From Eledone cirrhosa (Eukaryota), in assembly GCA_964016885.1 (NCBI GenBank), contig OZ024742.1, positions 232,252,001-232,316,000 on the forward strand: a stretch of 64,000 bases of DNA, in the 5' to 3' direction. The notes under the pieces were generated by a model. That model had not been told where the DNA came from. It saw nothing but the letters and a program-made list of their open reading frames with translations, and did not search any database. The translations under genes and the position numbers were made by a program. The number at the start of each line of letters is the position of its first letter. Position 1 is the first letter of the stretch. Below are positions 23,101 through 37,902 of this stretch, in pieces.

Positions 23101-25866
23101 TATAATAATAATAATAATGAAATTATTGTGTACAGTGCTCAGGTGCACTACAACTGATCAAAGGTGCATGTATAGTACATAGAATAATATACAACTGTCA
23201 GGGAAGTGAATAGTGTATGAGTCATGATATACATGTGTGTATGTGTATGGAGGGGGAACATTAGGTGTAGTGTTGGCGAATCTCAGGAAGCATGGAGGTT
23301 TTAAAGGATGCAGTGTCTCGACAGCTAACAACCGATGCAGGTAGTTTGTCCATGCTACAGCAACCCTGAGCATGAAAAATTACTTCCGAAAGTCATGGGA
23401 GCTGTGCTGTTTTCTGACTTTTGTTGGCATGCCCACGTGTGATAGACATGGAAATCAAAAAGGAAGGTGCTCAGGGTTGTTGTTGGCAAGATGGTTAATA
23501 ATTTTGTGGGTGTTTACCAAGTCAGTTGCCAGACGTCGGAGCTTCAATGTATCCATGCCCAGGGAAGCAAGGCGTTCAGAGTATGGTAGATGCCTGATGG
23601 AGGGTATTCGCTTGGTTGCACGTCTCTGAACAGTTTCCAGGCGGTCAATGTTCTGAGCAAGATAGAAGTTCCAGACTGGTGATGGAAATTCTAAGTGTGG
23701 CCGCACCATAGCCATGTACAGCCTTAAATAGATAGCTGGAGAGCGGCTGACAAAGGTCTTGTTGAGTGATGCTAAGACACCCTCAGCCCTCTTGACAATT
23801 ATAGAGACATACTTCGTCCAACGCAAATTGCTGCTGAGAGTAATGCCCAGGTCACGGTCACAAGAAGACTTCTTGATATTAGTGTTGTGGAGGGAGTATG
23901 TGGACGCTGGGTTTTTACTCCCAAAATGCATGGTGGTACACTTGTCCACAGCTAGCTTGAGTTGCCAGTCTGTGATCCAGTGTTGCATTGTGTCCAGGTC
24001 AGATTGCAGGCAAGATCTATAGTGTTCAGGATCAGTCCTTTTTATCTCAATGTACAGCTTGATGTCATCTGCATATTTCAGTATTGTGGCATTCTTTAAG
24101 TTGGCATCTATGTCATTAATATATGCCACAAACAAAAGGGGGCCAAGAACAGATCCCTGTGGTACACCAGATGACATCTCATATGGTGAGGAATGCTGTC
24201 CTAGAACCGTGACTACCCCTCTTCGACTGAGAACGAAGGACTTCAACCAGTTAAAATGATCATCTTTCACACCCATTGTTTAGAGTTTTGCCATAAGTCT
24301 TTTGTGTGGCACAAAATTGAAAGCTTTAGCAAAGTCAAGGTAAACAACATCCACCCATGAGCCGCCATCGGTGATCTGGGTGATGTCTTCAAGAAACTCG
24401 ATAAGTTGATCACAGCAGCTGGAGTTAGGGATAAATCCAAATTGCGAGGCCGGATAAGACTGTGATAGTTCCAGAAGTTCCAAATTGTTTCTCTGACACA
24501 GGATTTCATCAGTTTGGCAATGCAGCTAGTAAGACTGACTGGACGATAGTTCACAGGTGATGTGTGGTCACCCTTTTTGAACAGAGGAATGACACTGGCA
24601 GTTTTCCACTGTTCTGGAGTAGCACCGTTGTTCAGACAGAATTGGAAGAAGCATGATAGCTGGTGCAGAAGGAAGTACCCACCACGTTTGAGAAGCAGGT
24701 ACGTAACACCATCAAGACCAGGAGAGGCATGGTTGCGTTTATTTTTAAGGTGACGTCGCAGCATTGCATGTGTAAATTCCATAGTTGTAATAGAATCCGA
24801 TGTCAGAAGTGGTGGAGATGGTACACTCTGGTCTTCAACAGTGAAAATGCCTGCATAGCATTCAGCAATGAATTCTGCACATTCCTTGGGCTCATCAGTA
24901 ACCTGGCTTCTGTGGGGATTGCGAAGAGCACCAACTGGAGAGTGAGGCCTCTGCTTTGAGTGAACATACTTCCAGAACACTTTACTGTCAGGGTTGGTTG
25001 TTATGCGCTGCTCAAATTCAAGCACTGCTTTTTTGTCACCTGTTTGAGATGGTTGGATGATTTATTTCGCTTTTTCCTATTGATATCTGATTTATGCAGC
25101 TTATAGTCTCGTTCAGCATTACAATGTTCTTTCCTGGCAAGACGGACTGCTGCAGTCTCCCAAATTGCACTTTTGGGATGTTTTTTCTGCTTACGCGGCA
25201 CCAATGCTGCACATGTCCATATTGAGTTCAGGGTGTTCTGGAGTACAGTGTTGACATCTCCAGAGTCATAAAACTCAAGCCAGTTTGGATGTTGCAGCTC
25301 GGTGCAGTAACAGTTCCAGTCTGCTTTATTCCAGTCAAAGTGAGCAGTTTGGAGATGGTTGTGGTTTTTGTTACTGCACATAAGGGACAGATTGGCAATG
25401 ATCATAGCATGATCAGAGTCACCTAAAGGTTCCTCAGGTAGTAACACTAATAACCGTTTCAGGAGTAGTGGTGAAGAGTAGATCCAGAGTGTTGTCACCT
25501 CTTGTTGGGGAGGTGACTACTTGGGACCAGTTCAAGTCCAGCACTAGCTCAAGGAACTCATTTGCCCTTTGCGGCCAACGAAAGGTTTCCCAGTCAATCT
25601 CAGGGTGATTGAAGTCCCCTGCAATAAAAACATAAGTGGCTGTTTTCCTGGCAGCAGCTCTGAGGATATCACAAAGTTGAGTGTCCTGGTGGTAATTTGG
25701 GAGATGGTAAATGACTCCAAGTAGCAGTTTTGACATGGTCATATGTATATCGCAGAAAAATACCTCTTGCTGCGATTGGTTCGAATCAACACAAGGAATT
25801 GCTGAAGAATTTGACCGAACATAGACCATTACACCACCACCACAACGATTAATGCGGTCTTTACAG
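23101..25866 (-). mobile_element. CR1-like LINE, frameshifted (endonuclease + RT)
   Basis: APE motifs AGDFNHP, LDL, SDH; RT motifs NYRPVSLTS, YLDFAKAF, GVPQGSVLGPLLF, YADD; (ATT)n tail at 23103. Confidence 0.95.
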
Positions 25867-26034
25867 GTCTTGAGAGTTCATAATAGACTGTACATTTATC
25901 TCTCTCATTTCTATAATCATCATCGTTTAACGTCCATTTTCCGTGCTAGCATGGGTCATATTTCTAATAAAAGATACTGCCAGTAGTTTTCAAATCATTT
26001 TGAAAATAATTAAAAATTTGGAGGGATTTAGTAA

Positions 26035-26338
26035 TCTATATATAAATTTGAGCTACTTCCTTCCACCTGTCCATCACACAATGTGTGTGTGCATGTGTGT
26101 ATTTGTGTGAATGTGTGTGTGTGTAAAAGGAAGGAAGGGGATGGTGAAAAAACTATAGCAAAACAGTAGTTGGTGTTCCATTTGCTATGCTGTGTGTGAG
26201 TATGTGTAAATGTATGTGTGTGAATGTATATGTGTGTTTGTGTGAATGTATGTGTATTTGTGTGAATGTATGTCTGTGAGTGTATTTTTGTAAGGATGCA
26301 TATGCACATACGCATCAGCATGTTGAAAAAAATTCTAG
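26035..26338 (+). mobile_element. Non-autonomous Helitron-like element
   Basis: A|TCTATATATAAATTTGAGC start, TG-rich interior, CTAG|T end; same family as 44791-47282. Confidence 0.75.
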
Positions 26339-26654
26339 TATAACTAAATTTTCCATTATTAAGTTGTTTGGAATATAATTTAAAAAAGAGTCTTAGATAA
26401 AATTACGATAGAAGGTTTTCAGATAAACACACTTCATAATAAACAGCCAAGAGTGGTTCAATAAGGTTTGATATCAAAAGGGTTAAGAAACAAACTAGAA
26501 GTGAATATAACAGTTTTTGTGTGTTCTTAAACAACTCACATGATGCAATTATTCTAGTTTCAATACAGAGTCATGTCATTTACTAAATAATAATAATAAT
26601 TGTTTCTACTTTAGGCACAAGGCCAGCAATTACCCAGTGCATTACTGGTACTAA

Positions 26655-27110
26655 ATAATAATAATAATGAAATATTGTGTACAGTGCTCAGGTGCACTAC
26701 AACTCATCAAAAAGTGTATGTATAGTACATAGGGTAATGTACAAACATCAGGAAAATGAACAGTGCATGAGTCATGATACACACATGTGTACAAGGGGTA
26801 CATCAGGTGTAGTTTTGGCATATTTCGGGAAGCATGAGTGTCTTAAAGGATGCAGTGTCTCGGCAGCTAACAACTGACGCAGGCAGTTTGTTCCATGCTT
26901 CAGCAACTCTGAGCGTGAAAAAATGTCTACGAAAGTCATGGGAGCTGTGCTGTTTTCTGATTTTGTAAGCATGTCCATGTGCGTTAGACACATGGAGATC
27001 AAAAAGGTGCTCAGGGTTGCAATTGGCGAGATGGTTAATAACTTTGTGGGTATTTACCAAGTCCATTGCCAGACGGCGGAGCTTCAATGAATCCATGCCC
27101 AGGGAAGCAA
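26655..27110 (-). mobile_element. CR1-like LINE 3' fragment
   Basis: MDSLKLRRL...QNYT* nearly identical to the end of the 44848-46803 ORF. Confidence 0.92.
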
Positions 27111-27490
27111 GTCCAACTTTGAAATTTTAGTGCACAACAAAACAGAAATCCATTTAACAATGGATAAAATAATTTTCATTTAAAATAGTTGAATTATGTC
27201 TGTGTACACTCCTGGAACAATTCCTTTTTTAGCTCTTAATATCCTGTACCGTATGGAACTGCATTAGCATAACAATTCTGCCCAACAAGCTGAAAATCAC
27301 AAAATGTTGCAGTACCAGATATTCTCTGATTGGTTTGTTGTTGAACTAGTAATAGTGGAGAGTTCCAATGTTCTTAGTCCTCAGACCACCTCCCTACTCA
27401 CTACTATCGGGATGGAGTTGGCCACTTGCAGAAGTGACCCTGCAAGTTAGAATAGAAAGTCCAATACATCTCCCTCACCATCCTCTAAGG

Positions 27491-27911
27491 CAGAGGTTCT
27501 CAAACTTTTGGCGCCACCGCCCTCCTCACGGCCACGTAATACCCTCAGCGCCCCCACCATCAATCTGTGATGACACATCCAAACCTTACTAGCAGAGAAA
27601 CTGGACATTAAACAATGATAGTGATGATGTTAGTTTATCATTAGTAACATAGATGTAAAAAGAATGTGATTTTGCCAATAAGAATAAAGACATCTATCAG
27701 ATTGTGTAGAATCTACACAATCTCATAGATGTCTTTATTATAGATGTCTATATAAATGCTTAATATACATATGCAATATATTTGTAAAAAAAAGAAAAAA
27801 ACAAGCTATTTATTGTTTAAAATTTAAACAATAAATAGCTTGTTTTTTCTTTTTTTTAATACTACACTGCCCCCCCCCCCCCCCCCAGCAGTAACACATT
27901 GGGAAACAATG
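27491..27911. mobile_element. hAT Charlie-type MITE
   Basis: CAGAGGTTCTCAA / TTGGGAAACAATG ends; perfect 8-bp TSD CTCTAAGG at 27483-27490 and 27912-27919. Confidence 0.85.
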
Positions 27912-29275
27912 CTCTAAGGTAACACTTTCTCCATTCTGTTTACTGGGACTATGAGGCGACCAGTGCCTGGAATCCTGCATGCCAGAGAATACTGTTCTAC
28001 ACTGTGTGGGCCTCATATCTTTAGGATAGCAATGTTTGAGCTTACGTTTTGGATTTAAACAACTGTGACAACACATTTGAAATGAACATAAATATAATCA
28101 TTCATACCTAATCAAATGATGCAACTAGAAGACAAATCTGTAAATTACATAATTAATGCTTTCAACATTTATTAGCCTTTAGCATTTAAACCGGCCCTAT
28201 TCAGCTAGAATTCTCTCACCTCTTTCTGTTCAAACCGGCCATAACCAGCTTCTCATACTTATGTGAGGTATTGTAGTCAAAATAAATAATATCAAAATCT
28301 CATAGATTCAATATGTGAGATATTTATGTGAGATAAAGTGTTTACTGTGAAAATATAATAGTAAATATAGAGTAATGTAAATGCTTAAGGGTTAAACTCT
28401 GATTATTTGAGTGAACAAAGCATATCAAAAATAATTTTTAAATAAGCTGAATCAATTCTCATTTAAAAGCAAATTTATTGCTATTTTATTAACCCTTTTG
28501 TTACCATATTTCTAATGAATGACACTGCCTATGATTTTAAAATAATTTTAAAAACAATCAAAACAATCAAGAAGTTGGAGTCATTAAGTAATATAACTAA
28601 CTTACTCATTATTAATCAGGTATTTGGAGTATAACATAACATTTCTTGCATAAAGTTATGATAGAAGGTTTGTAGAAGAATATGGTATGGTCCAGTAACT
28701 CCAGATAGAGTTGTAGGTTCGCTGTATTGACATATGGCGTTTCTTGGGCATTTTAAGCCTAGTGGAGCCCATCCCTCTCCAGGCCTGGGTACAGCGGATT
28801 TCTTCCAGAGAAAGATAGAAAGTGAGAGAGGAAGAATCAACCCCAGTATTAGACTGGTACTTTTTATATTGACCTCGAAAGAATGAAAAGCAAAGTTGAC
28901 CTCGGTGGGATTTGAACTCAGAGAGCTGCAACGAATACCATAAAGCATTCTATTCGATGTTCTAATGACTCTACCAATTCACTGCCTGGATGAATATAAA
29001 CATTCTAAAAAAAACAACAGTTTCTTACTGTAGAAGAGGCAGTTTCGGGTGGTTTGGTATCAAAAGGGTTAACAAAGCTTTTTACATAAAATGATGACAG
29101 AAGATGGTTTTTAGATAAATATAAACACTTTAAAATAAACATTTCATATCATAAAACTAAGGACAGTTTCTGGAAGTTTGGTATCAAAAGGATTAATATC
29201 CTTTAATAATTAATTCAATTTGAAAAGTTAGAAACTCAGTGAAATGAAACAGAATTGAAAATAAATAGCAATTAC

Positions 29276-29453
29276 CGGATTTTTTCCATAAACTTGCTGG
29301 CACCAGAGATGGCATTATCATCTTCTGAGCTCCTATTGCTTCCATTTCTTCATCGATAAGGCATCTAAGTTTCTGTAAAGCCCTCATTCCCAAGGGAAGG
29401 ATATAATAATGACCAGAATGGCAGTGTTGGATGATTTCATTATATATCATCAG
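29276..29453 (-). CDS. PARS2: PARS2 coding exon 2 (class II motif 1)
   Basis: tttgaag acceptor; LMIYNEIIQHCHSGHYYILPLGMRALQKLRCLIDEEMEAIGAQKMIMPSLVPASLWKKS; GTAAT donor phase 1; 178 nt. Confidence 0.93.
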
Positions 29454-30631
29454 CTTCAAAAGTAAAATAATATAGATCATTTAAATTTCACCATCAAGAT
29501 TACATAAAATTATAATTTTTTTCTATCATTGGCACAAGGTCAGCAATTTGAGGGATGGGAAAGTCGATTATATTAACCCCAGTACTTAACTGTTACTTTA
29601 TTTTATTCAAAGATGAAAGTTGACTGCAATGGTATTTGAACTCAGAACGGAGAAGTCGTAACTTAATGCCGCAAAGCATTTTGTCTGAAGCTCTTAGGGT
29701 GCCAATCCACTACTATTATAATTATAATTTTAAAATTTTTTAACTTAATGGCATCAATATAACATTGAATTCTCTAGTTTCCCAAAGATATTATGTTAAT
29801 GGAGCTGGATTTTAAAAGTATTCTGGTATGGTCTCACATATCTAATATAGCAAGTTGAAAACTTCAATCAAGTGAGATTATCAAAGCAAGAATTAGTCAA
29901 AATCTCCCCCAGACAGTGTTTAACATCTAAAAACAAGAAGCAAGGAGGAAAACTCCAATAAGATTAGACAAACAAATTTAAAAAAAAAAATAAAGATAAT
30001 ACAGATGGGAGTATTATATTTTAAAAATCAACAAATGAAAGTAATGGACAATTTTCAGTCTTATTAGATCTTAGTGAAGTATAATCTGATTAGGGTGAGA
30101 GAGATAGAGAATGAGTGATGGATGGTAATAGAGGTAGGCAATGGTAAGAGAAAATGACAGACGCCAATAATAAGTTGCTTGGGGGAAAGGGATAGATTGA
30201 TGACAACACAGAAATGATAGTAATCGGGTGTGATGAGTACAAATAGATCTGATGCAATCCCTCATACATAGATATCATGATGGGAGAGGGAGAAGTAGTA
30301 ATTATGTTAGTTGTAAGAGTAATTGAATATAGACAGGTCAAATGCCATCCTTCATTACATGAGCAGCATAGTCCAGTGAATAAGAGTGGGTGAGTGTCAG
30401 AGAGATGGACAGCTTGAACAGATCCAGTGCCATTCTCTAGTTAGAGTTATCATGGAATAAGTGAATATGAGATATACCCTGGCGTCATTAGTTACATGGT
30501 CAACATGGTATAATAAATAGGAAGGTGAATGGTAAAAGGGTGAGTAATAGAAAGATGAATGGGTATCGAAGAGATGGGGCAGACCACAGACGGAGACTCA
30601 ATGAGGATATGTTAGGTGAGAGAACCAAACC

Positions 30632-31110
30632 ATCATTACTGTTTAGTGTCTATCTTCCATGTTTGCATGGGTTAGATGGGCTGTCATGTTCTGAAGTTAG
30701 ACAGGTTAGGTGACTGTGTCCTGCTCATATGTTCTTTTTTTAGCTTGGTTTCTACAGCTGGATAACTTTCCTAATGCCAATTACTTTACAGCATTTTTCG
30801 AGGTACCAACATTACCACCTTACAGGATCGACTAGGTGCTTTTTGTTGTGGCACCAACATTACCACCTTACAGGATCGACTAGGTGCTTTTTGTTGTGGC
30901 ACCAACATTACCACCTTACAGGATCGACTAGGTGCTTTTTGTTGTGGCACCAACATTACCACCTTACAGGATCGACTAGGTGCTTTTTGTTGTGGCACCA
31001 ACACTAGCACTTTACAGGGTGAACTGAGTGCTTTTTGTTGTGGCACAGCACTACTTTCTTACAGGGTGAACTGGGTGCTGTTTGTCATGGCACCAAGACT
31101 ACCACTTTAG
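30632..31110 (-). repeat. RTE-type 3' end with variant 48-bp array
   Basis: Unit GGCACCAACATTACCACCTTACAGGATCGACTAGGTGCTTTTTGTTGT, about 4 identical copies plus diverged ones. Confidence 0.85.
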
Positions 31111-31143
31111 TAGATATATTTTACCTCCTAACCTCTATTAGTA

Positions 31144-32140
31144 TCATTTTAATGTTCCTGTTACTAAGCTTGCAAAGTTGGGTGGGTCTTCACCGGTACC
31201 ATGTGTCACTAGTAATCACAGTCCTTTGTCATCTCCTTTCTGAAACTCAGTATCCCATGATCAGTCTTCACCTCTCCATCCTATATTTTGAAGGATTTCC
31301 CTCCATATTGAAAGTTCCACACTTCTTTATACACAATATATGTCTATAACAGCAAAAACTTATCCCTTCCACATTTTATCTGATTCCTCTTACAGTTTTT
31401 CTCTTAGTACAATTGTGCTTTGTCATTCACATATACTAATATGACACATTTAGTGGGGCATGCTTGCTTCATTACTTTCTAATTTTCACAAACTTTGCAT
31501 TGAGGACTCATGTCTCACTACCATGCAATATTGCACTTTGTACACAAGCATCAAATAATCTGTCTTTTAGCTTGAAAGAGAGAATCTTTGATACCTGCAG
31601 AGATTATTATCTCTTTGAACATTTCCTGGTCTATTCTTACTTTGGTAACTATGTATTTAGAATACCCATCTCCAGAGCTAATTAGGTTACCTAGGTAACA
31701 AAACTATTACCAGTTTTGGGTATTTGAAAGAAAAGAATCTAGTTCATGTGTGTTCTCACTATATCTGCTGCATACAAGGTTTACTTTCTCTGTTAGCCTG
31801 CCTGTATCCCACTACACCTCTTGTGTATCCATAGTTTACATGGGGCATACTGTATGGAATTTGTACGTTTCTTTTCTATATATCAAGCACAGCCATTTCT
31901 CTATAATAGCAGAATCTTGTCTTCTTTTCTACTAACTGAAATTTTGAGGCCCCATGATTCTAGGTTTTGCTTTCGTGTTTGGAATTTCTTCACTACAGAT
32001 TCAGCTATATGGAGTAAGTAATCTGAATAATGTGATCCCATAAGCAGCCAGTCTTAAACTCCTCTATTAGGCTTGGAGAACTATGATATACAGAAGGGGA
32101 TCAAGAGCTGACTCCAGGTACCTACACATAAAATTCATGT
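31144..32140 (-). mobile_element. Decayed RTE LINE fragment
   Basis: Nucleotide similarity to 51021-52100 (CATGTCTCACTACCATGCA, CAGTCTTAAACTCCTCT). Confidence 0.75.
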
Positions 32141-32525
32141 AATTTGGAATCCACCAAAGGCCTACTGCCAGATAGGACAGGGGCTCAGCAATATGAATAA
32201 CCTCTTGGAAGGCTGCTTTATTATTTTAATAATGAAATAATTAATAATTTTAGTATCCTGCATCCAATTTCTCAGTATTTGGAGATGTTCTACCAGACAC
32301 TGCAAATATCAATATACACACACACAGACACATACATATATAATTGTTTTGGTAAACGGGACCATTTTCTCATACCTAAAAGTTTTGTGCAGTTGACAAT
32401 GAGTATGGTTGACTCACATTAACCCTTTTGATATAAACCCCAAAACAAAACCATTCATTTTAAAGACTTCCTGTTTAAACTAAAACCTTCAATATAATTT
32501 TACTTTTATGTTACAAATATCAACT

Positions 32526-33728
32526 CATCATCATCATCATCAGGTTTAGCGTCCGTGTTCCACGCTTGCATGGGTTTGGACGGGGGTTTTCCCACTTGAG
32601 GCAAGAGTGGTTGTCTTGCTCGCATAGGACTGTCTGGCGGGTTTTCTACAGTAGGATGCCCTTCCTAACACCAACCACATTTACAGTGTGGGGCTGGGAG
32701 GTTTTTACCATGTTGCCTACACGGCCACATTACAGCGTGGACTGTCTGGCGGGTTTTCTACAGCTGGATGCCCTTCCTAACACCAACCACATTTACAGTG
32801 GGGCTGGGAGGTTTTTACCGTGTTGCCTACACGGCCACATTTACAGCGTGGACTGTGTTTTTTTGTCGTGACACCTACACGATCTCATTTGTTTCGGCCT
32901 GGATGTTGTGGGACCAACATAACTTTACATTGAAAGGGGCGGTGTGGATGGGGTGGGACGGGGGGGTGTTTTGATAGAGATGCCTACTGACTGTAGTAGG
33001 TTTTTACTTTGTATTTAGGTAAGGCGGGTCTTCTCTATTACTGAGTACCGCCAAAGGTCTCGGTCCAGTGACATTGTCTTGGAGAGGTGTAAGCGTGTGA
33101 GGTCGGAATTTATCAGCTCGTCCCATGTTTTTCTGGGTCTGCCTACTCCGTGGCTACCGTCTATCTTTATTGCCCTGCACTTTGTTATACAGCTGTCGTC
33201 TTTCATGCGCATCACGTGACCGTACCAACGTAGCCTTCTCTCGAGTAAACAACATCTGATCCCTCTTATTTCTAATTTTTTCCTTAGTTCGTTTATGCTT
33301 TGCCGTTCACGTATATTACTATTGCACATCCAGCGGAGCATGCAAGCTTCGTTCCTCTCTAGTCTGCGTATATCCTCTGCACACAATGCCCAGGTCTCAC
33401 TGCCATGCAGCATTGCTGTTCGTATGCAGGCATCGTATAACCTGCCTTTCATTTTTAGGGAGAACCCTCTAGCGGCTAATAGTGGTATAAGCTCTCTGAA
33501 CTTTTTCCATCCAGTTCTGACTCTAGCTACTGTACTTTCAGAGCACCCTCCCCCACTGCTGATTTTGTCACCCAGGTAACGGAAGCTGTCCACTATTTCT
33601 ATAGAACCCTCTACGCAGTTGAAGGAGCTAGTATTTTGTGGGCACTTGCTGCTACTTATTGCACCAGAGCACCGGCCACATGTAAAATCTATGTTCTTAG
33701 TTAGCTTACCTGTGATCCCACTACATTT
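32526..33728 (-). mobile_element. RTE LINE 3' part: ORF end + 3' UTR + array + (ATG)n tail
   Basis: ORF 33015-33728 (FRYLG, LHGSETW, LRWYGHVMR, GRPRKTW) followed by UTR, repeat units and tail. Confidence 0.92.
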
Positions 33729-34482
33729 CTGATTTAGACACAAAGCCAGCAATTTGGGGAGAAGGGAAATTCAATTAAAAGACCCCAGTGCATTAGTGCT
33801 ACTTTTTTTTTATTGACCCTGTAAGGATGAAAGGCAAAGCTAACCTCCGCAGGATTTGAACTAAGAACGTAAAGGGCCGTAACTCTATGGCACAAAGCAG
33901 GGTGTCCGACCCTATAGTAGTAAATTCTTCCAAATTCTTCAATAACTAATTTAAATACAGTGTTTCATTAGAAATACAATAATGAAAGAGTTAACTGTAC
34001 AAAACCCTCAAGTATGAGGAAATAATCTAATTTACCAAAACACAACTATATAACAAACACTAATTTTAAAACAGTTGTGCATTAAGCCACTTTACAAATA
34101 GAAACAAATAGTATTCTTTTACTGTTTTCAGTCGTTAAACTGTGGCCATGCTGAGCCACTACTTTGATTTATTCTATAATGAACCAAATATTTATTTTTT
34201 TAAGTTCTGGTAATTATTTTATCGATTCCCTTTCATCAAACTGCTAAACACATGGATACACACATGTGTATATATATTTTTTTTCATAAAGGCTGAAGAT
34301 TGATGGCGCATACGAGTTGAATATGCTATGATTAATCAGATACCATCATGAAACTGTTAGTACCTATGAAAACATATGCTTAGTTGCTATGTATAATATT
34401 TTAAATAATATAATGTATCTATATTTTCATATTGGGGGCTCATTTTTTCCATAATTATAATTCACACTCAGATAACAATATA

Positions 34483-34868
34483 TCATCATCATCATCATTT
34501 AATGTCTATCTTCTACGCTAGCATGGGTTAGATGGGAATTGTCCCACTTGAGGCAAGATTGATCGGGTGCCCGTGTCTCGCTCATATAGGACTGTATCTG
34601 GCAGGTTTTCTATGGCTGGATACCCTTCATAACACCAACCACATTTACAGTGTGGACTGGGAGCCTTTTTACTGTTTCCTACACGACCACTTTACAGCGT
34701 GGACTGTGTGTTTTTTTGTCGTGACACCTACACAACCTCTTTAGTTTGGACTGGATGTTGTGGTACCAACATAACTTTACAGAGAAAGGGTGGTGTTGGT
34801 GGGAGTGGAAGGATGGAGTAGGGGTAGTGGGTTGGGGTGTATATTTGGTTAGGAGGGGCCTACTGTTA
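34483..34868 (-). mobile_element. RTE 3' UTR fragment
   Basis: Colinear with 32526-32995. Confidence 0.8.
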
Positions 34869-35329
34869 TATATATATGACAGCTTTCTGCAAGTCAATCA
34901 AATTCCTCTCACAAGATATCGGTCAACTTGAAGTTTTAGCAGAAGATGCCCAAGCTGTCACACAGCATGACTGAACCCAGAACAACATAGTTGCAAAGTG
35001 AATCTCTTAATCACACAGCCCTACTATATCATTATCATTTAATGTCCATTTTCCCGGCTAGTAATGTGAAAAAATATTTATCTTTCTACTTCTATGCATC
35101 ATTCCATCTTCTGATGAAGAACTAACATCTGAAATGTCAAGACTCTTTTCCTACTATATCAAGTGTTAAACTAATATATATCATCATTGTACTGTATTGT
35201 TTTTACTTGCTGACTTTTCACATACGTGCATACATGAATATTCCTTTCTTGTTCCTCCCTATATTTCTGCAGGCCAACACACTTCTGGCCGCTTAATTCT
35301 ATTCTTTGAGGTAAATTTTACCTGCCACC

Positions 35330-36085
35330 GCCATTGACTGCATTTTCCTGTTTTAACATCTTCCTTGTGCTGAATTCTTCCAATTACTCAACTATAGGTC
35401 TCAGTGATTTGAGGTCAGCTCTTACAACTTCTGCCCAGGTCTTTCTTGGTTTACCTCTACCATGGCTTCTTTACCCAACAATGAATGTCCAAACTAACGC
35501 AGTCGTCTCTCCTGCACACCACCCGGTTTCCTCTTAAACTCAGCTTCTCCCTTAACTTGTCCAAGCTCTGCCTTTCTCTCACACTTACATTGCACATCCA
35601 AGGGAGCATAGTTGCTTTATTTCTCTTCAGTCTATGCATGTCCTCCATAGTCACACCCCATATTTCACTACCATGCAGTATTTTACTTCTTACACAGGCA
35701 TCATACTTTTGTGGTCAACAGCGGAAGAAGCTCTCTGAACTTTTTCCATCCTATCTTTATTCTCTCAGAGCACCCTCCGTTGCTAATTGCGTTGCCTAGA
35801 TAGCTTCAGCTATCAACCACTTCTATGGACACTTCCTATGACTGGAATAGGCTTACATCACTGGCTATCTTCCTCTTGGTTACCCCTGTGCATCTTGTAC
35901 AAAGTCTTCCCTTCCTGTTAGATTTTCTGTTATCTCTCTTGTGTACCCAAGATTTACATTGTGTACATCGTATGGAGTTTATGACTACTCCTTTTCAACA
36001 TATTAAGCAGGGCCACTTCCCTGAAGGAATCAGAGTCTAATTTTCTCTCCTACTCACAAGCACTTTAGCTTTGGCTAAGTTTACT
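35330..36085 (-). mobile_element. Decayed RTE LINE fragment
   Basis: EDMHRLKRNKATMLPWMCNVSVRERQS and Cys-rich remnants homologous to 51021-52616. Confidence 0.82.
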
Positions 36086-36095
36086 CTCTCTCTCT

Positions 36096-36126
<31 letters not shown>

Positions 36127-37699
36127 ATGTGTGTGTGTGTATAAAGTCATTCATATGCAGTTGTGCTATAACAGTACAGGCTGTTGTTAGTATTGCAGCA
36201 GTTGCAACAGCTGTTTATATCCACTGCTGCAGCTCCCAAAAGCAACTTGTGTTTTGTGTATTGCATAGCCTACAAGTTCTTTCACATGCCAAACAGCAGC
36301 TGGTCCTTCTTGAGCAACTTTGCAAAATTTTTTAACTCACCACTTCTCAACTAAGATGTTTCTGTAAGCAGAACTCCAACAAAGAAAGCTTCCACGCTTG
36401 CTTCCAAGTTCACAATATACACAAATGAAAAGAATCCTACACAAACTTCTTTCTTTATCTACCACCACATATGCATACACACCAAGTGCAAAAACACTTC
36501 CAGTAGTTTGAAACACATAAGGGGATTAGCTTTGATAATGTCCTTTCAATTACCCCCAAATAATGGTTGCTGATTTAGGCACATGGCCAACAATTTTAGG
36601 GGAGGGGAAAGTCAATTAAATCGACCCTGGTGCATTGCCGGTGCTTTATTTCATCGACCCTGTAAGGATGAAAGGCAAAACTAACCTTGGCGGGATTTGA
36701 ACTCAGATCAATTACCCCCGAAATAATGCAGTAAAGAGTTACCTGTTATCCTTATCAAACACTTGAATGTTTCTCTTTGAAAACTATCACAGGGGAAACT
36801 TGATTAAACCAATCCCAGTGCATTACTGGTACTTTATTTTATCGACTCTGTAAGGATGAAAGGTAGAGCTAACCTCAGCGGGATTTGAACGCAGAATGAA
36901 AAGGGCCGTAACTCCCTGCTGCAAAGCATGGCGCCCGACCCTCTACCCATACTGCCAATCCACTACACTTAATAATTGTTTCTACTTTAGGCACAAGGCC
37001 AGCATTTACCCCAGTGCATTACTGGTACTTTATTTTATCGACCCCGTAAGGATGAAAGGCAAAGTCAACCTCGACGGGATCTTAATAATGAACATTAATA
37101 TTACATCAAAAATGGCCTTCATCAGAAATTTTTGTGAATTATAAAACATGAGGTATTTTTCATCTTTTGGTGTTGCCATAGTTCACAGCCATGCTATCAC
37201 GTGCCTTCAATGCCAACCTGACTAAAATATAGATCTCTATTCAATAGATCATGAGTCAGTAAGTTTCAGAGGCATCATGTCTTTGAACTTTCACAGTAGT
37301 GGTCAGTTGAAATGACTTTATTTAGTTGATCTTACTGTATTTCAAATGAAATACATGGCCTATGTTTCAATTATTTTTTTAAATAACCAAACATTTGGAG
37401 GAATTTAATAAAATAACTAGGTTTTTTTCATAAGTAAGCTAATATTTAGAACACTACTTAAGAAAAATTTCTAAAATAAAATGATGATGGAAGGTTTTAA
37501 TTTAAGGATAAACATTTTAAAATGAGTAGGGCTGTTTCAGGTGGTTTGGTATCAAAAGGGTTAAATAATAGTATCGGTAATAGTAATGATACATTTTGAA
37601 ATCTTTATCACCCCAAAAAGGAAACGATATATTTTGACTACATTTTTAAACATTAGATAATTGTACAATTCATGTAATGAATTGCAGTCTACAAATGGA

Positions 37700-37902
37700 G
37701 GCACATGGCTTAGTGGTTAGAACATTGGCCTTGCAATCGAAAGGTTGTGAGTTCAGGTGCCACGGCAAAAAAGCACCCAGTACTCACTGCATATGAGGTT
37801 GGTGTTAGGAAGGACATCCTGCTGTAGAAATCAAGCCAGAATCAGTTCCCATCCCACCCTTGCAAGCAGGGAAAAAGCGGACGTAAAATGATGATGATGA
37901 TG
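37700..37902 (+). mobile_element. S2 SINE (tRNA head + RTE tail), internally deleted
   Basis: GGCACATGGCTTAGTGGTTAG...GGTTGTGAGTTCA joined directly to the tail; lacks the CORE-like middle seen at 15680-15775. Confidence 0.85.

Noticed and set aside
27190-27290. Extra PARS2 exon after a ttttcag acceptor
   Set aside because: In-frame stop in the required phase; exons 2 and 3 already join correctly.
37700-37760. tRNA gene (also 15620, 21960-22057, 49385)
   Set aside because: A/B boxes are present but the cloverleaf is incomplete and sequence continues into SINE bodies.
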